A stretch of DNA of 64,000 bases from Thermoplasmata archaeon (GCA_021817245.1 JAKAVQ010000010.1:2722-66721); one strand, 5' to 3'; counted from the stretch's first letter, positions 10,212 through 20,551 are shown. Numbers and translations: made by a program. The notes: a model not told the origin generated them from the letters alone.

Positions 10212-10697
10212 ATGCGGGCGGCATTGGGGGCGGAAGCGGAACAACGGCCCGGGGTCGTGCGAGCGCTCGAATTGCTCTTGGCCGACGAATTCGTCTTGTA
10301 CACCAAGACCCGGAACTACCACTGGAACGTCGTCGGGCCGGGGTTCAGCGAACTTCACAAGTTCCTGGACGAACAGTACAACATGCTCAACGGCACGGTC
10401 GACGAGGTGGCGGAGCGGATCCGTGCTCTCGGTGGGTGGGCGATCGGAACGCTCCACGAGTTCGGGGAGAAGACCCGGCTCAAGGAATCCCCCGGACGGT
10501 TCCCCGGGGCGCGGACGATGCTCGAGAACCTCCTGCGGGACCACGAGACCGTGATCCGGGAGCTGCGGGACCTGACCGAGCAGTGCGCCCAGCAGTATCA
10601 CGACGGCGCGACCGAGGGGTTCCTCACGGAGCTGACCGTCCGCCACGAGAAGATGGCTTGGATGCTGCGCAGCCTGATCGCCCCGACGGTGCCGTAA
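10212..10697 (+). CDS. dps: Dps-family DNA-protection/ferritin-like protein
   Basis: LYTKTRNYHWNVVGPGFSELHKFLDEQY, DEVAERIRALGG, HEKMAWMLRS. Confidence 0.92.
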   Translation: MRAALGAEAEQRPGVVRALELLLADEFVLYTKTRNYHWNVVGPGFSELHKFLDEQYNMLNGTVDEVAERIRALGGWAIGTLHEFGEKTRLKESPGRFPGARTMLENLLRDHETVIRELRDLTEQCAQQYHDGATEGFLTELTVRHEKMAWMLRSLIAPTVP

Positions 10698-11503
10698 TCA
10701 ACGAACGGGGACCACGTCCGGCGGTCCGCCGGGGGAGGCCCGAGAGCACCTGTCAAGAGGGTACGCCCCGCGCCGCGGGTCCCCCGTCGGGAAGGGCCGG
10801 TCCGCCCGCACCCGAAGGACGGGGGATCGCGCCCTCCCTCCCGGCGGTCACCGGCGTCGCCACGTTGCCGGAAGGGCGGGGGGGGGCGCACGCTGCGTGC
10901 GCGTAGGGGATTCCCCCGGGTCCACGCAGCGGTCGGGCCCGTCTCCGGTGCGGTCGCGACGCCGATCGAGACGTTCGTGGGCCCCGGCGGGGTCTCGACC
11001 TGCCTTCTCGGACGCATCTCTTCTTCTCGGGAGCGAGCGTCCCGTACTCTTGCTCGGGCCCGAGCGCTCATGCCCCCGCGCTCGGTTCTCGACGCTCGGC
11101 CTGACGTGCATCGTTACCGCGGTACCGGTCGTAGCGTTCGCCTCGCACGGGCCACGGCTCCCGCTCACCGTGGTCCGGGCCACGGCCGTCGCCGAGACAC
11201 AGGCCCGCGAAGCTCCGGGCGTCGTCGCTTGGGACCGTCCGGGACATGGCCGCTCCCCGATGCTCGTGCCTTCGCTCGGTGCGAATCAAACCGGATCCGA
11301 CGGCGGATGGCGCTCACCGGAGCCGGTACTTAGGGCCGGGGCGCCGTGCAGCGCGACGGTCGGACGGTCGCCTCCGGGGCCACCTTTGGACCGCGCCGGA
11401 CGAGGTGTAATAGGGTCCGCCGGTGTAGGGACCCGATGCGTCGTCGGGCGCCCGCTCCCTCGGGTCCTGAGGGGTCTGACCCCTCGAAGGAGGCCCCGGA
11501 TCT

Positions 11504-12901
11504 TTGACCCTCCTTTCCCTGTCGGGCACCACCCTCATCCTCCTACTGCTCGGAGTGACACTGCTCGTCGGGTTCGGGGCGGACTGGCTCGCGACCCGAT
11601 TCCGGCTGCCCGACGTCCTCTGGCTGATCGGGCTCGGCCTGGTCGCCGGACCGGTCCTCGGCCTGCTGACGGCAAGCTCGCTCCTGTTCATCGCTCCGGT
11701 GCTGGGTACCGCCGCCCTCATCCTGATCCTCTTCGAAGCCGGGATCGACCTCCGGGTCTCGCTGATCCGACCGCTCGCGGGTTCGGCGCTCCTGTTCGCC
11801 GCCGCGAGCTACGCGGTCAGCACGGCGGTCCTCTTCGGGGTCAGCGACCTCGTCCTCTTCCCCGGGCACCTCGTCCTCTCCTTCCTTTTCGCGGCGTCGC
11901 TCGGCTGCAGCTCCGGGGCCGTGATCATCCCGCTCGCGGGGCGCCTGGGTCTCGTCGAGGGACTTCGGGGAATGATGCACCTCGACGGGGCGGTCGAGGA
12001 CGCGCTCGCGATCATCACCGTCACCACGCTCCTTGCCCTCGTGAGCCCCGCCTCGCCGTCCCTGGCCCTGAACCTCACGTTCTCGCTGATCTTACCCCTC
12101 CCGGTCGGGGTCGCGATCGGGTTCGCCGGCGGGCTCGTCTGGTTGCTCTTCCTCTACGGTTGGCAGGACCGCGCCTTCGCCGCGCTCGCCACGCTCGGCT
12201 TCCTGCTCGCGGTGTACTCGGTCGCCCAGGCGCTCGGTGGCTCGGGAATCCTCGCAGCGATCGTCTTCGGGGCCGTGCTCGGCAACGAGGCGGTCCTGCG
12301 CCGGTTCCTGCGCCGCTCGCGACCGTTCCGCATCTCGAACGACCTGCGAAAGGTTGAGGTCGAGATCGCGTTCGTCCTGCGCGCGTTCTTCCTGTTCCTC
12401 ATCGGGGTCCTCGCTCCGCTCTCGAACCCCGGCCTCGTGCCCGCCATCGCGATCGGCGGCCTCGTCCTCGTGCTCTTGGCCCTCCGCCGGGGGGTCTTCT
12501 CCGCCACGACGAACCCCCGGAAGGTCCCCCGGTCGTGGGCGAGCCCGGTCTCGGCCCTGTACGGTCGGGGTCTCACCTCCGCCGTCCTGCTCACGGTCGC
12601 CCTCGATCGGATTCCCCGGGTTTCCGAACTGTTCTTCCCCGGGCTGCTCGTCATCGTCGGCACGAACATCGCGATGACGGTCTGGCTGTTCGTCCAGCCC
12701 CCGGAGGCCGGGCGGGAGATCCCCGAGGCGAGCCGCGAGTGGGCCGCCGCCGCCACCGACCTGCTCTCGTTCGCCGAGAGCGGGGCCGGCCTCTTCTCTC
12801 CCCCTCCGCCGCTGCCCGCCGGACCTGCCCACGACCCCCGAACCGGCGGCACGTCTCCCCCGCCTCCCCTTCCGAAGGGCCGCGGGGACCGGGACCGGTA
12901 G
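11504..12901 (+). CDS. CPA1 (NhaP-like) cation:proton antiporter
   Basis: About 12 TM segments, LILILFEAGIDL, GAVEDALAI, LGGSGILA, GRGLTSAVL; TTG start. Confidence 0.85.
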   Translation: MTLLSLSGTTLILLLLGVTLLVGFGADWLATRFRLPDVLWLIGLGLVAGPVLGLLTASSLLFIAPVLGTAALILILFEAGIDLRVSLIRPLAGSALLFAAASYAVSTAVLFGVSDLVLFPGHLVLSFLFAASLGCSSGAVIIPLAGRLGLVEGLRGMMHLDGAVEDALAIITVTTLLALVSPASPSLALNLTFSLILPLPVGVAIGFAGGLVWLLFLYGWQDRAFAALATLGFLLAVYSVAQALGGSGILAAIVFGAVLGNEAVLRRFLRRSRPFRISNDLRKVEVEIAFVLRAFFLFLIGVLAPLSNPGLVPAIAIGGLVLVLLALRRGVFSATTNPRKVPRSWASPVSALYGRGLTSAVLLTVALDRIPRVSELFFPGLLVIVGTNIAMTVWLFVQPPEAGREIPEASREWAAAATDLLSFAESGAGLFSPPPPLPAGPAHDPRTGGTSPPPPLPKGRGDRDR

Positions 12902-12923
12902 GGCGGGGGGCCGCCCCGCCCGG

Positions 12924-14501
12924 CTACGGTGCCCGTCCGAGAGCGGCCTCGACCAGCCGACCGGGGAGCCCGGAGCCCGGCCGGTCCTCGCGGAGGAGGA
13001 CGAACAGCTCCACGACGGCGCCCGCGCGTTCCGAGCGGTCGGGTCCGCGCCGGGCGCGCTCGGCGAGGAGGGTCCCCTGCCGCAGTTCGGCCCACGCCCG
13101 GAGGACCGCCTTCGCGTCCGCCTCGCCGCCCGGCGCCTCGAGGGCCGCGAGCCGGCCGGTGAGGAACTCGCTCACGACCCCCTCCGCCTCGGCCGCGACC
13201 CGACGGGCCTCCTCACGCCACGACGCTTCGGGGTGGTAGCGCTCGATCGCTTCGCGTGCGTCGAGCGCCTGGAGGTTCGCGCCGCCCTCCCAGATCGGGG
13301 TCACGTGGGCGTCGCGCGCGAGCTTCGCGACCGGGAACTCCTCGAGGTACCCCGGTCCGCCGACAACCTCGAGCGCGAGCTCGGTGCCGCGGACCGCGGC
13401 CTCGGCGCAGACGAGCTTCGCCGCGTGCGTCGCGAGACGCAGACGATGGTAGTCGGCCGAGTAGCGCGGCCGCTCGTTCCCGACACGGTCGAAGAGATGG
13501 ACCGCGTCGAACGCGAGGAGCGACGCCGCGTCGGCCTCCACGGCCAGGGTGGCGAGGTCGGCGGCGAGGAGCGGATGGCCGGCGATCGGGCGACCGAAGG
13601 CGAATCGACGGCGCGCGTGGTCCCGGGCGAGCTCGAACGCGCGGTGAAGGACCGCGGCGCTGCCGACCGCGTTCGCGACGCGCGAGACGTTCAGCATCTC
13701 CATTACCGGCAGGACCCCGGCCTCGGTGGGTCCGAGCCGGTAGGCCTCGGTGCCGTCGAGGGAGACCTCGCCCGTCGGCACGGAGACCGTGCCGAGCTTC
13801 TCTTTCAGCCGGCGGACCCGCCAGTTCGGCCGGCCGTCCGGCCGTTGGGCCGGCGCGAAGAAGAGGCGGATGCCCCTCGTCCCTTCGGGAGCGCCTTCGG
13901 GCCGCGCGGTGAGCAGCGCAAAGCCGGCGCCGACGTTGCTACAGAAGTACTTCTCCCCCGTCAGCGCCCAGCGTCCGCCCGCGCCCTCCCGGGCGACGGT
14001 GAGGTTCGCGCCGAGGTCCGACCCTCCCTGGGCCTCGGTCGCCCACGTCGCGCCCTGCGCCCGTCCTCCCCCGGCGAGGAGAGGCGGCCCGAACCGCTCG
14101 CGAAGGCCCGGGTCGGCATACTTCGTGAACTCGAAGATCGTCGCCATCGTGACGGTCGCCGAGCAGGCGAGACCGACGTCCGCGACCTCGTGCAGGAGCG
14201 CGAAGCTGAACGCCCAGTCATGGCGACCCTCGACCGGCCCGGTCGCGACCCCGCTCGCGTACAGGCGGTCGAGCGCCCGGCGGTGGTCGCCCGAGAGACG
14301 GACCTCGTCGACCTCACGGCCCTCGATGTCGTAGCGGAGGAGGTACGGCCGGGAGCGTCGGTCGACGTCGATCGCGACCGTCTCGAGCTCCTCCCGGGCG
14401 ACCCGCCCGAATCCTTCGAGCGTCCCGACGAGCGTCGAACCGAGGTCGGCCGCGCGGAAGAGGCGATGCGCGTCCCGGGCGACGTCCGACGAGGTCGGCA
14501 C
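12924..14501 (-). CDS. Acyl-CoA dehydrogenase, AidB-like
   Basis: ATWATEAQGGSDLGA, GEKYFCSN, RLKEKLGTVSVPTGEV, MEMLNVSRV, GGPGYLEE, TPIWEGGAN. The track ORF is over-extended; probable GTG at 14501. Confidence 0.85.
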   Translation of the reverse strand: MPTSSDVARDAHRLFRAADLGSTLVGTLEGFGRVAREELETVAIDVDRRSRPYLLRYDIEGREVDEVRLSGDHRRALDRLYASGVATGPVEGRHDWAFSFALLHEVADVGLACSATVTMATIFEFTKYADPGLRERFGPPLLAGGGRAQGATWATEAQGGSDLGANLTVAREGAGGRWALTGEKYFCSNVGAGFALLTARPEGAPEGTRGIRLFFAPAQRPDGRPNWRVRRLKEKLGTVSVPTGEVSLDGTEAYRLGPTEAGVLPVMEMLNVSRVANAVGSAAVLHRAFELARDHARRRFAFGRPIAGHPLLAADLATLAVEADAASLLAFDAVHLFDRVGNERPRYSADYHRLRLATHAAKLVCAEAAVRGTELALEVVGGPGYLEEFPVAKLARDAHVTPIWEGGANLQALDAREAIERYHPEASWREEARRVAAEAEGVVSEFLTGRLAALEAPGGEADAKAVLRAWAELRQGTLLAERARRGPDRSERAGAVVELFVLLREDRPGSGLPGRLVEAALGRAP

Positions 14502-14539
14502 GGGCCCGAGAGAGGGGCGCGGACGGGAAAGCCTTCCGC

Positions 14540-15397
14540 TCAGAGGTCGGGGGTCCGTTCTCGCGACGCTCGGCGAGCGGGACCGCGCGGGATGCTCGAG
14601 AGCGTCCGGACGACCCGGCTCGCGTCCGCCCATCGGCGGAGGCGCGGCACGGAGGGGCCCACCTCGGACGCGAGCGCTCGCAGGCGACTCGGTTCCCAGC
14701 GGTGGAGTCCGGTGAAGAGGATCGGCGCCATCCCCGCACGACGCGCTCCGCGGACGTCGTAGACGAGGTCGCCGACGTGCACCGCGGCGTCCGCCGGTGC
14801 CTCGAGCTCCCTCAGGGCGGCCCGGAACGGCTCGGGTCGAGGTTTCGACCAGGGGTGCTCCGACGAGAGAACGACCGCGCGGAAGTAGGGTTCGAGCCCG
14901 GCGGCGTCGAGCAGGCGTCGGGCCCCGCAGGGGGTCTCGTGGAGCACGTTCGACACGATGCCGAGCGAGAGACCTTCGTCCCTCAGCTCCCCGAGCGCCT
15001 CGGTCGCCCCGTCGGCCACGCGTACGCGCGCTCCGAGAACGAGCGTGTCGAGCGCCTCGCCCACCGCCATCGCATCTACGGGCCTTCCGGTCCGTCGGGC
15101 GAGCCATCCCGCCTGAGCCCCGATCGCGGGTGCGCGACCCCGCGATTCCGCCCGGGACGCCCACCGTTGCATCCGTGCGACCCAACCGAGCGCGGCGGGA
15201 CGCCGGAGTCCCGCCGAAACGAGGGGTCGCGCCCAGATCGCCGCCCGTCCCGCCTCGAGGTCTCGCTGGTCGCGTGGCCGCAAGTAGAGCAGAGTGAACC
15301 ATACGTCCGCCGTGAGGGCCCGGATCCGACCGGGCCGCCGCGATGGCCGATCGCGGCCCGGGGCGGGTGTGCGGCGCGGCCGGGCCCGACGGGTCAT
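14540..15397 (-). CDS. HAD-superfamily hydrolase (subfamily IA)
   Basis: ADVWFTL, GIVSN, KPRPEPF, VHVGDLVYDVRGARRAGM. ATGA overlap with the upstream glycosyltransferase. Confidence 0.85.
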   Translation of the reverse strand: MTRRARPRRTPAPGRDRPSRRPGRIRALTADVWFTLLYLRPRDQRDLEAGRAAIWARPLVSAGLRRPAALGWVARMQRWASRAESRGRAPAIGAQAGWLARRTGRPVDAMAVGEALDTLVLGARVRVADGATEALGELRDEGLSLGIVSNVLHETPCGARRLLDAAGLEPYFRAVVLSSEHPWSKPRPEPFRAALRELEAPADAAVHVGDLVYDVRGARRAGMAPILFTGLHRWEPSRLRALASEVGPSVPRLRRWADASRVVRTLSSIPRGPARRASRERTPDL

Positions 15398-16848
15398 CTC
15401 AGCCGGTCGCCGAGGCCCCGGGTCGTCCGCAGGCCGCTCCACTCGTACCGCTGGATCGTCGCTTCGAAGATCTCCCGCAGCCGCGGCGCCGCGCGCCGCA
15501 CGAAGCATCGCCGCGCCGTCATCGCCCCGACCGAGCCCATCCGCTGCGCCTCCTCGGGGTGGGCGAGGAGCCGGCTGATGTGGCGGGCGAGCGTCGCGGC
15601 CGAGCCGGGCGGGACCGTCACGCCGTTCACCTCGTCGTCGACGAGCTCGGCGATGCCCGCGCCCCGGCTCACGATGATCGGGAGCTCGTGGCACCAGGCT
15701 TCGACGCCGACCAGGCCGAACCCCTCCCACGGGGCGGGATGGACGAAGACGTGGGCGGCACTGTAGGCGGTCTGCAGGTCGTCCGATCCCAGGGAACCGG
15801 TGAACACGACCGCGTCGTCGAGCCGTCGGGCGCGGACGAGCCGGCGCAGGTGAGCGTCCCACCGCACCGCCTTCGACTCGCGGATCGTGGGGTCGGAGGT
15901 TCGCGTCGAGAAGCTCCCTCCTCCGACGAGGACGAGCTTCGCGGTAGGGTGGTGGTGCCGCACCGTCTCGAACGCGGCGATCAGGAGGTCCTGACGCTTC
16001 ACCGGGTCCATCCGGCTCACGGAGAGCACGATCGGGTCGCCCGGGCCGATCCCGTAGCGTTCCCGGAACGCGGTCTGCTCGCTCGGGATCGCCGTGCGCT
16101 GCGTCGACGGGTCGAGGTATGGGTAGACCTGGAACGCGTGCCCTCGAAAGCCGGCCCGTATGAGCTCCTCGAGCCCGGCGCGGGTGCTGACGACGATCCC
16201 GTCGAACCCCTCCATCGACTTCACGAAGAACCGTCGGACCGGCTCGGGGTAGCCCTTCAAGTCGACGGGAATGTGCCACCGCAGAAGCGCCGGCGCGGCG
16301 GAACCGACCATGCCCCCAACGAGGACCTGCTGGAAGTCGTGGACGTAGACGAGGTCGAAATCCGAGATCCGCTCCAAAAGCCGCTCCGCGGTCCGGAAAT
16401 TGTACTCGATGAATGCGGTGTAGTCGGCGACCGGGAACCGGTACTCGAGCGGAGTGTGGAACGACCGCCAGATCGACTCCTTGAAGCGGGAGTACGCCGC
16501 GCGGGTCTCGGTCGCCAACGTCAGGGTCTCGAGCGTGTAGCCGTCGTCCGTCTCGACCTCAGGCGGGAGGTCGGGGTCGCCGAGCGCGACCCACCGGCTC
16601 TTCGGGGTCACCCACGAGCCCGACGCCTCCTTGAGCAGAGCGCGAACCATCGGAATCACTCCGCCGACGTTGAGCTCGTAGTCGATCCCCCTCTTCCAGC
16701 GGGCCCCCCGTCGCCGAGAGGCGCCGGGGAGCGCGTGGATCGGGGGCGTCTGGGTATTGATGCACAGCCGGATCACGTTCTGCCTCGACCTGCCTCTCCC
16801 CGAGAACGAATCGACCGAGGGGCCGCCCGTACGGGCCCGGACCCTCAA
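15394..16848 (-). CDS. GT4 glycosyltransferase, trehalose synthase TreT-like
   Basis: GGVIPMV, YVHDFQQ, RWHIP, VSRMDPVKRQD, EGFGLVGVEAW. Confidence 0.82.
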   Translation of the reverse strand: MRVRARTGGPSVDSFSGRGRSRQNVIRLCINTQTPPIHALPGASRRRGARWKRGIDYELNVGGVIPMVRALLKEASGSWVTPKSRWVALGDPDLPPEVETDDGYTLETLTLATETRAAYSRFKESIWRSFHTPLEYRFPVADYTAFIEYNFRTAERLLERISDFDLVYVHDFQQVLVGGMVGSAAPALLRWHIPVDLKGYPEPVRRFFVKSMEGFDGIVVSTRAGLEELIRAGFRGHAFQVYPYLDPSTQRTAIPSEQTAFRERYGIGPGDPIVLSVSRMDPVKRQDLLIAAFETVRHHHPTAKLVLVGGGSFSTRTSDPTIRESKAVRWDAHLRRLVRARRLDDAVVFTGSLGSDDLQTAYSAAHVFVHPAPWEGFGLVGVEAWCHELPIIVSRGAGIAELVDDEVNGVTVPPGSAATLARHISRLLAHPEEAQRMGSVGAMTARRCFVRRAAPRLREIFEATIQRYEWSGLRTTRGLGDRLR

Positions 16849-16986
16849 CCACCTTCCGGAGCGACGACCACGTCGCGACCCCCAGGACCTCCGAGCAGAA
16901 AAACGTCGCGAGGGCCGAGGAACGACCTAGGGCCCGGGCCGTCGTGCGTCGGGGCGAAATACTCCGTCCCGCTCGTGCGGCCGTCG

Positions 16987-17976
16987 ATGAGCACGCGCGA
17001 CCTCGCCAAAGCGTTCGACCTCGTCGCAACCGCGTACGACGCGACCCGGGAGCCGGCGGACCGCGCCACGATCGATGCGGTTGCAACGGTGCTGCGCGCC
17101 CGCGGCGCGCGCCGGCTCCTCGAGGTCGGGGTCGGGACGGGGCGGATCTCGCTCGCGTTCGCCGCGCGGGGATTCGAGCTCGTCGGCGCGGACGTTTCCC
17201 GGGGGATGCTCGCCCGGGCCCGGTCGAGGGGACTCGACCGCCTCGTCCGCGCCGTCGCCTCCCGGCTTCCGTTCCCTTCGCGCAGCTTTGACGCCGTTCT
17301 CTTCGTCCACGTGCTCCACCTCCTGGACGACCCTCGTCGGGCGCTCGAGGAAGCCGTACGGGTCGGCCGCCTCGGTGCGTTCGCTCTCCTGCGGCCCACG
17401 GACGGGCGCCGCGACCCCATCGAGGGCTCGGCGCTCGACCCCCGCCGCATCGTCTACGACCGGCTCGCCCGAGAGGGCTACCCCCGCCCGGGTCGAGGCC
17501 TCGGTCCGGGCCACCGGGAGCGTCGGCTCCTCGAGGAGGAGCCCCCGGACGAGCTCCTCGTTGTTGGGGAGGCGGACGTGACCCAGCCGCTCTCCCACCG
17601 CCTCGACCTGCTCGCGAAGGGAGCGAGCCGCCACGTCGTTGGGATCCCGCCCGACGTCCTCGCCCGGGCGGTCGCGGAGGCGCGCAAAGCGGTCGGCGAC
17701 CGGACCGTCCGATACCACCGGGTCGACGCGCTCGCGGTCTGGAACTCCTCGCTCGTCCCGGGACGTAGGGCGCGTTGCGGGCGGGGAGGTCGGCTCAGGT
17801 CGCGAACCGGTGCGCCATCACGTACGGGAGCACGCCGCCGGCGCGGTAGTAGTCGAGCTCGGTCGCCGATTGGATCCGGCACGTCACCGAGAACCGTTTC
17901 GTCGCTCCGTCCTCCCCGGTCGCCCCCACGTCGATCGTCCCGCCGGGGGCGAGGTCGGCCCCCGACGGGATCGTGA
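16987..17976 (+). CDS. Class I SAM-dependent methyltransferase
   Basis: MSTRDLAKAFD, LEVGVGTGRI, ADVSRGML, LPFPSRSFDAV, HVLHLL. The 3' end runs about 180 nt into the convergent aconitase gene. Confidence 0.8.
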   Translation: MSTRDLAKAFDLVATAYDATREPADRATIDAVATVLRARGARRLLEVGVGTGRISLAFAARGFELVGADVSRGMLARARSRGLDRLVRAVASRLPFPSRSFDAVLFVHVLHLLDDPRRALEEAVRVGRLGAFALLRPTDGRRDPIEGSALDPRRIVYDRLAREGYPRPGRGLGPGHRERRLLEEEPPDELLVVGEADVTQPLSHRLDLLAKGASRHVVGIPPDVLARAVAEARKAVGDRTVRYHRVDALAVWNSSLVPGRRARCGRGGRLRSRTGAPSRTGARRRRGSSRARSPIGSGTSPRTVSSLRPPRSPPRRSSRRGRGRPPTGS

Positions 17977-20551
17977 GGTCGAACGCTTCCCGGCCGGTGA
18001 GGCCGAGAGAGATCGCGTTCTCGCCCGGGCGGAAGGTGAGCGGGAGGACCCCCATCTCGACGAGATTGCTCCGGTGGATCCGCTCGAAACCCTCGGCGAT
18101 GACCGCGCCGACCCCGAGCAGGCGGGGTCCCTTCGCCGCCCAGTCGCGGGAGCTGCCCTGGCCGTAGCTCTTCCCCGCGAGGACGAGGAGCGGTACCCCC
18201 TCCGACCGGTACTTCTGCGCGGCGTCGAAGATCGTCATCGGCTCGAGCGACGGGAGGTGGAGGGTCAGTCCGCCTTCCTTCGGCGCCACGAGCCGGTTGC
18301 GAAGCCGCACGTTGGCGAACGTGCCGCGGATCATGACCTCGTGGTGGCCGCGGCGCGAACCGTAGGTGTTGAACTCCGAGCGGGGCACCGCGCGCGCCCG
18401 CAGGTAGGCGCCGGCGGGAGACTCCTCGGCGATCTCGCCGGCCGGCGAGATGTGGTCGGTCGAGACCTGGTCGCCGAGGACGGCGAGCGCCCGGGCCCTC
18501 GCGACGAGCCGGCCCCCCTGCGGGAGCCAGGGAGGGGGAAGGGAGAGGTACGGCGCCCCGGCGAGGTACGTCGAGTCGTGCGCCCAGGGATACCGCTCGC
18601 CCGACGGGACGCTCAGCGACTCCCAGTGCGCGTCGCCGACCTCGATCGACCGGTACTGCTCCCGGTACATCGCGGCGTCGAGGTTCGCCTCGACAATCCG
18701 CCGGATCTCCTCGGCGGACGGCCAGAGCTCCTTCAGCATCACCGCGGTCCCGTCGGGGCGCCGACCGAGGGGCTCCCGGGAGAGATCGAGGTCCATGCGA
18801 CCCGCGAGCGCGTACGCGACCACCAGCATCGGCGAGGCGAGGTAGTTCGCCCGCACGAGGTTGTGGATCCGGGCCTCGAAGTTGCGGTTGCCGCTCAGCA
18901 CCGCCGCGACGAACAGGTCGTTCTCGCGGACCTGGCGGTCAACGGCGGTCGGCAGCGGGCCCGAGTTGCCGATGCACGTCGTGCAGCCGTACCCTACGAC
19001 CTCGAACCCGAGGCGGTCGAGGTACGGCCGCAGGCCGGCGCGATCGAGGTAGGAGGTGACGACCTTCGAACCGGGGGCGAGCGAGGTCTTCACGTACGAC
19101 GGCACGCGCAATCCGAGCTCGACCGCGCGCTTCGCGATCAGCCCGGCGCCGACCATGACCGACGGGTTCGACGTGTTCGTGCAGCTCGTGATCGCGGCGA
19201 TCACCACCGCGCCGTCCTCGACGGGGCCGGAGGGGACCGACCCCCCCTCGGTCGGCCGGTCCCGTTCGCCGTCGAACGGTCGCAGCGGATCGTCCGAGGG
19301 ATACGGGCGGGAGGCGACGCTGTTCGAAGGACGGGGATGGGCGCTCCGGTAGGACGATAGCGCGGCGCGGAACGAGTCGGGGACCTGCGAGAGCGCGACC
19401 GCCTCCTCGGGATTCCTCGGCCCCGAAACGCTCGGAACGACCGTCCCGAGGTCGATCGAAAGCAGGTCGTCGTAGTCGATCGTCCCCGGCACGGGGGAGC
19501 CCCAGAGCCCCTGAGCCCGAGCGTACGCCTCCACTCTCGCCGCCACCGCCTCGGCTCGGCCCGTGCCCCGAAGGTAGGCGATCGTCGCCGAGTCGATCGG
19601 GAAGAGCGCGGCCGTGGCCCCGTACTCGGGGCACATGTTCGAGACCGTCGCGCGGTCCGGCACCGATAGGGCCGCAACTCCCGGGCCGAAGAACTCGACG
19701 AACTTGTCGACGACCCCCTTCGCCCGCAGGCGCCGGGTGACGGTGAGCACGAGGTCGGTGGCCGTCGCCCCTTCGGGCAACGCGCCCGTGAGCTCCACAC
19801 CGACCACGACGGGCGGCGCGAGGAAGTACGGCTCGCCGAGCATGACCGCTTCCGCTTCGATGCCGCCGACGCCCCATCCGAGCACCGAGACCCCGTTGAC
19901 CATCGTGGTGTGGGAATCGGTTCCGATGAGGGTGTCCGGGAACGCGACCGCCCCGCTGTCGGTCCCCCGGGTGACGACGACCGCCGAGAGGTACTCGAGA
20001 TTCACTTGGTGGCAGATCCCGTTGCCCGGCGGCACGATCCGCACGCCGCGGTAGGCGCCCTTGGCCCACCGAAGGAAGCGGTAGCGCTCGGCGTTGCGCT
20101 CGTACTCCCGGTCGAGATTGAGGGGAAGCGAGCGGACCGAGCCGAAGCTGTCGACCTGGACCGAATGGTCGATCACGAGGTCGACCGGGACGACGGGATT
20201 GATCCGGGCGGGGTCGATCCCGCGGGCGTGCGCCGCGTCCCTCAAGGTCGAAAGGTCGACCACGACGGGGATCCCGGTGAAATCCTGCAGCAGGACCCGC
20301 TCGGGGTAGTACGCGAGCTCGGCGTGCGGGTCGATCCGATCGCCGTTCGCGAGCGCGACCACGTCCTCGCGACGCGTCTGCCGGGGGTCGAAGTGCCGGG
20401 CGATGTTCTCCAGGAGGACCCGGACCGTGCGCGGCCGTCGCGCGAAGCGGGTGGGGTCGACCCCGGCCAGTCGCTCGACCCGGTACACGGTCACGGTCTC
20501 GTTTCCGAGCATCCGGGATTCGGCGAGGCCGAGCGGATCAGGGACGGTCAT
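17795..20551 (-). CDS. acnA: Aconitate hydratase A
   Basis: RVLLQDFTG, DLVIDHSVQVD, GICHQVNLEY, GTDSHTTM, AITSCTNTSNP, GCTTCIGNSG, SGNRNFEARI, TDHISPAG, YGQGSSRDWAAKG. Confidence 0.96.
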   Translation of the reverse strand: MTVPDPLGLAESRMLGNETVTVYRVERLAGVDPTRFARRPRTVRVLLENIARHFDPRQTRREDVVALANGDRIDPHAELAYYPERVLLQDFTGIPVVVDLSTLRDAAHARGIDPARINPVVPVDLVIDHSVQVDSFGSVRSLPLNLDREYERNAERYRFLRWAKGAYRGVRIVPPGNGICHQVNLEYLSAVVVTRGTDSGAVAFPDTLIGTDSHTTMVNGVSVLGWGVGGIEAEAVMLGEPYFLAPPVVVGVELTGALPEGATATDLVLTVTRRLRAKGVVDKFVEFFGPGVAALSVPDRATVSNMCPEYGATAALFPIDSATIAYLRGTGRAEAVAARVEAYARAQGLWGSPVPGTIDYDDLLSIDLGTVVPSVSGPRNPEEAVALSQVPDSFRAALSSYRSAHPRPSNSVASRPYPSDDPLRPFDGERDRPTEGGSVPSGPVEDGAVVIAAITSCTNTSNPSVMVGAGLIAKRAVELGLRVPSYVKTSLAPGSKVVTSYLDRAGLRPYLDRLGFEVVGYGCTTCIGNSGPLPTAVDRQVRENDLFVAAVLSGNRNFEARIHNLVRANYLASPMLVVAYALAGRMDLDLSREPLGRRPDGTAVMLKELWPSAEEIRRIVEANLDAAMYREQYRSIEVGDAHWESLSVPSGERYPWAHDSTYLAGAPYLSLPPPWLPQGGRLVARARALAVLGDQVSTDHISPAGEIAEESPAGAYLRARAVPRSEFNTYGSRRGHHEVMIRGTFANVRLRNRLVAPKEGGLTLHLPSLEPMTIFDAAQKYRSEGVPLLVLAGKSYGQGSSRDWAAKGPRLLGVGAVIAEGFERIHRSNLVEMGVLPLTFRPGENAISLGLTGREAFDLTIPSGADLAPGGTIDVGATGEDGATKRFSVTCRIQSATELDYYRAGGVLPYVMAHRFAT

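Noticed and set aside
11295-11345. Possible fluoride riboswitch near the ClC/NhaP genes (GGCGGATGGCGCTCACC)
   Set aside because: It lacks the downstream TAATGAC/CTGATGAC pseudoknot element, and the ClC has GREGP rather than the fluoride-type signature.
12924-16279. Apparent long N-terminal extensions/fusions on the ACAD and HAD ORFs
   Set aside because: Open-frame run-through over the neighbouring genes; separate starts exist at 14501 and 15397.
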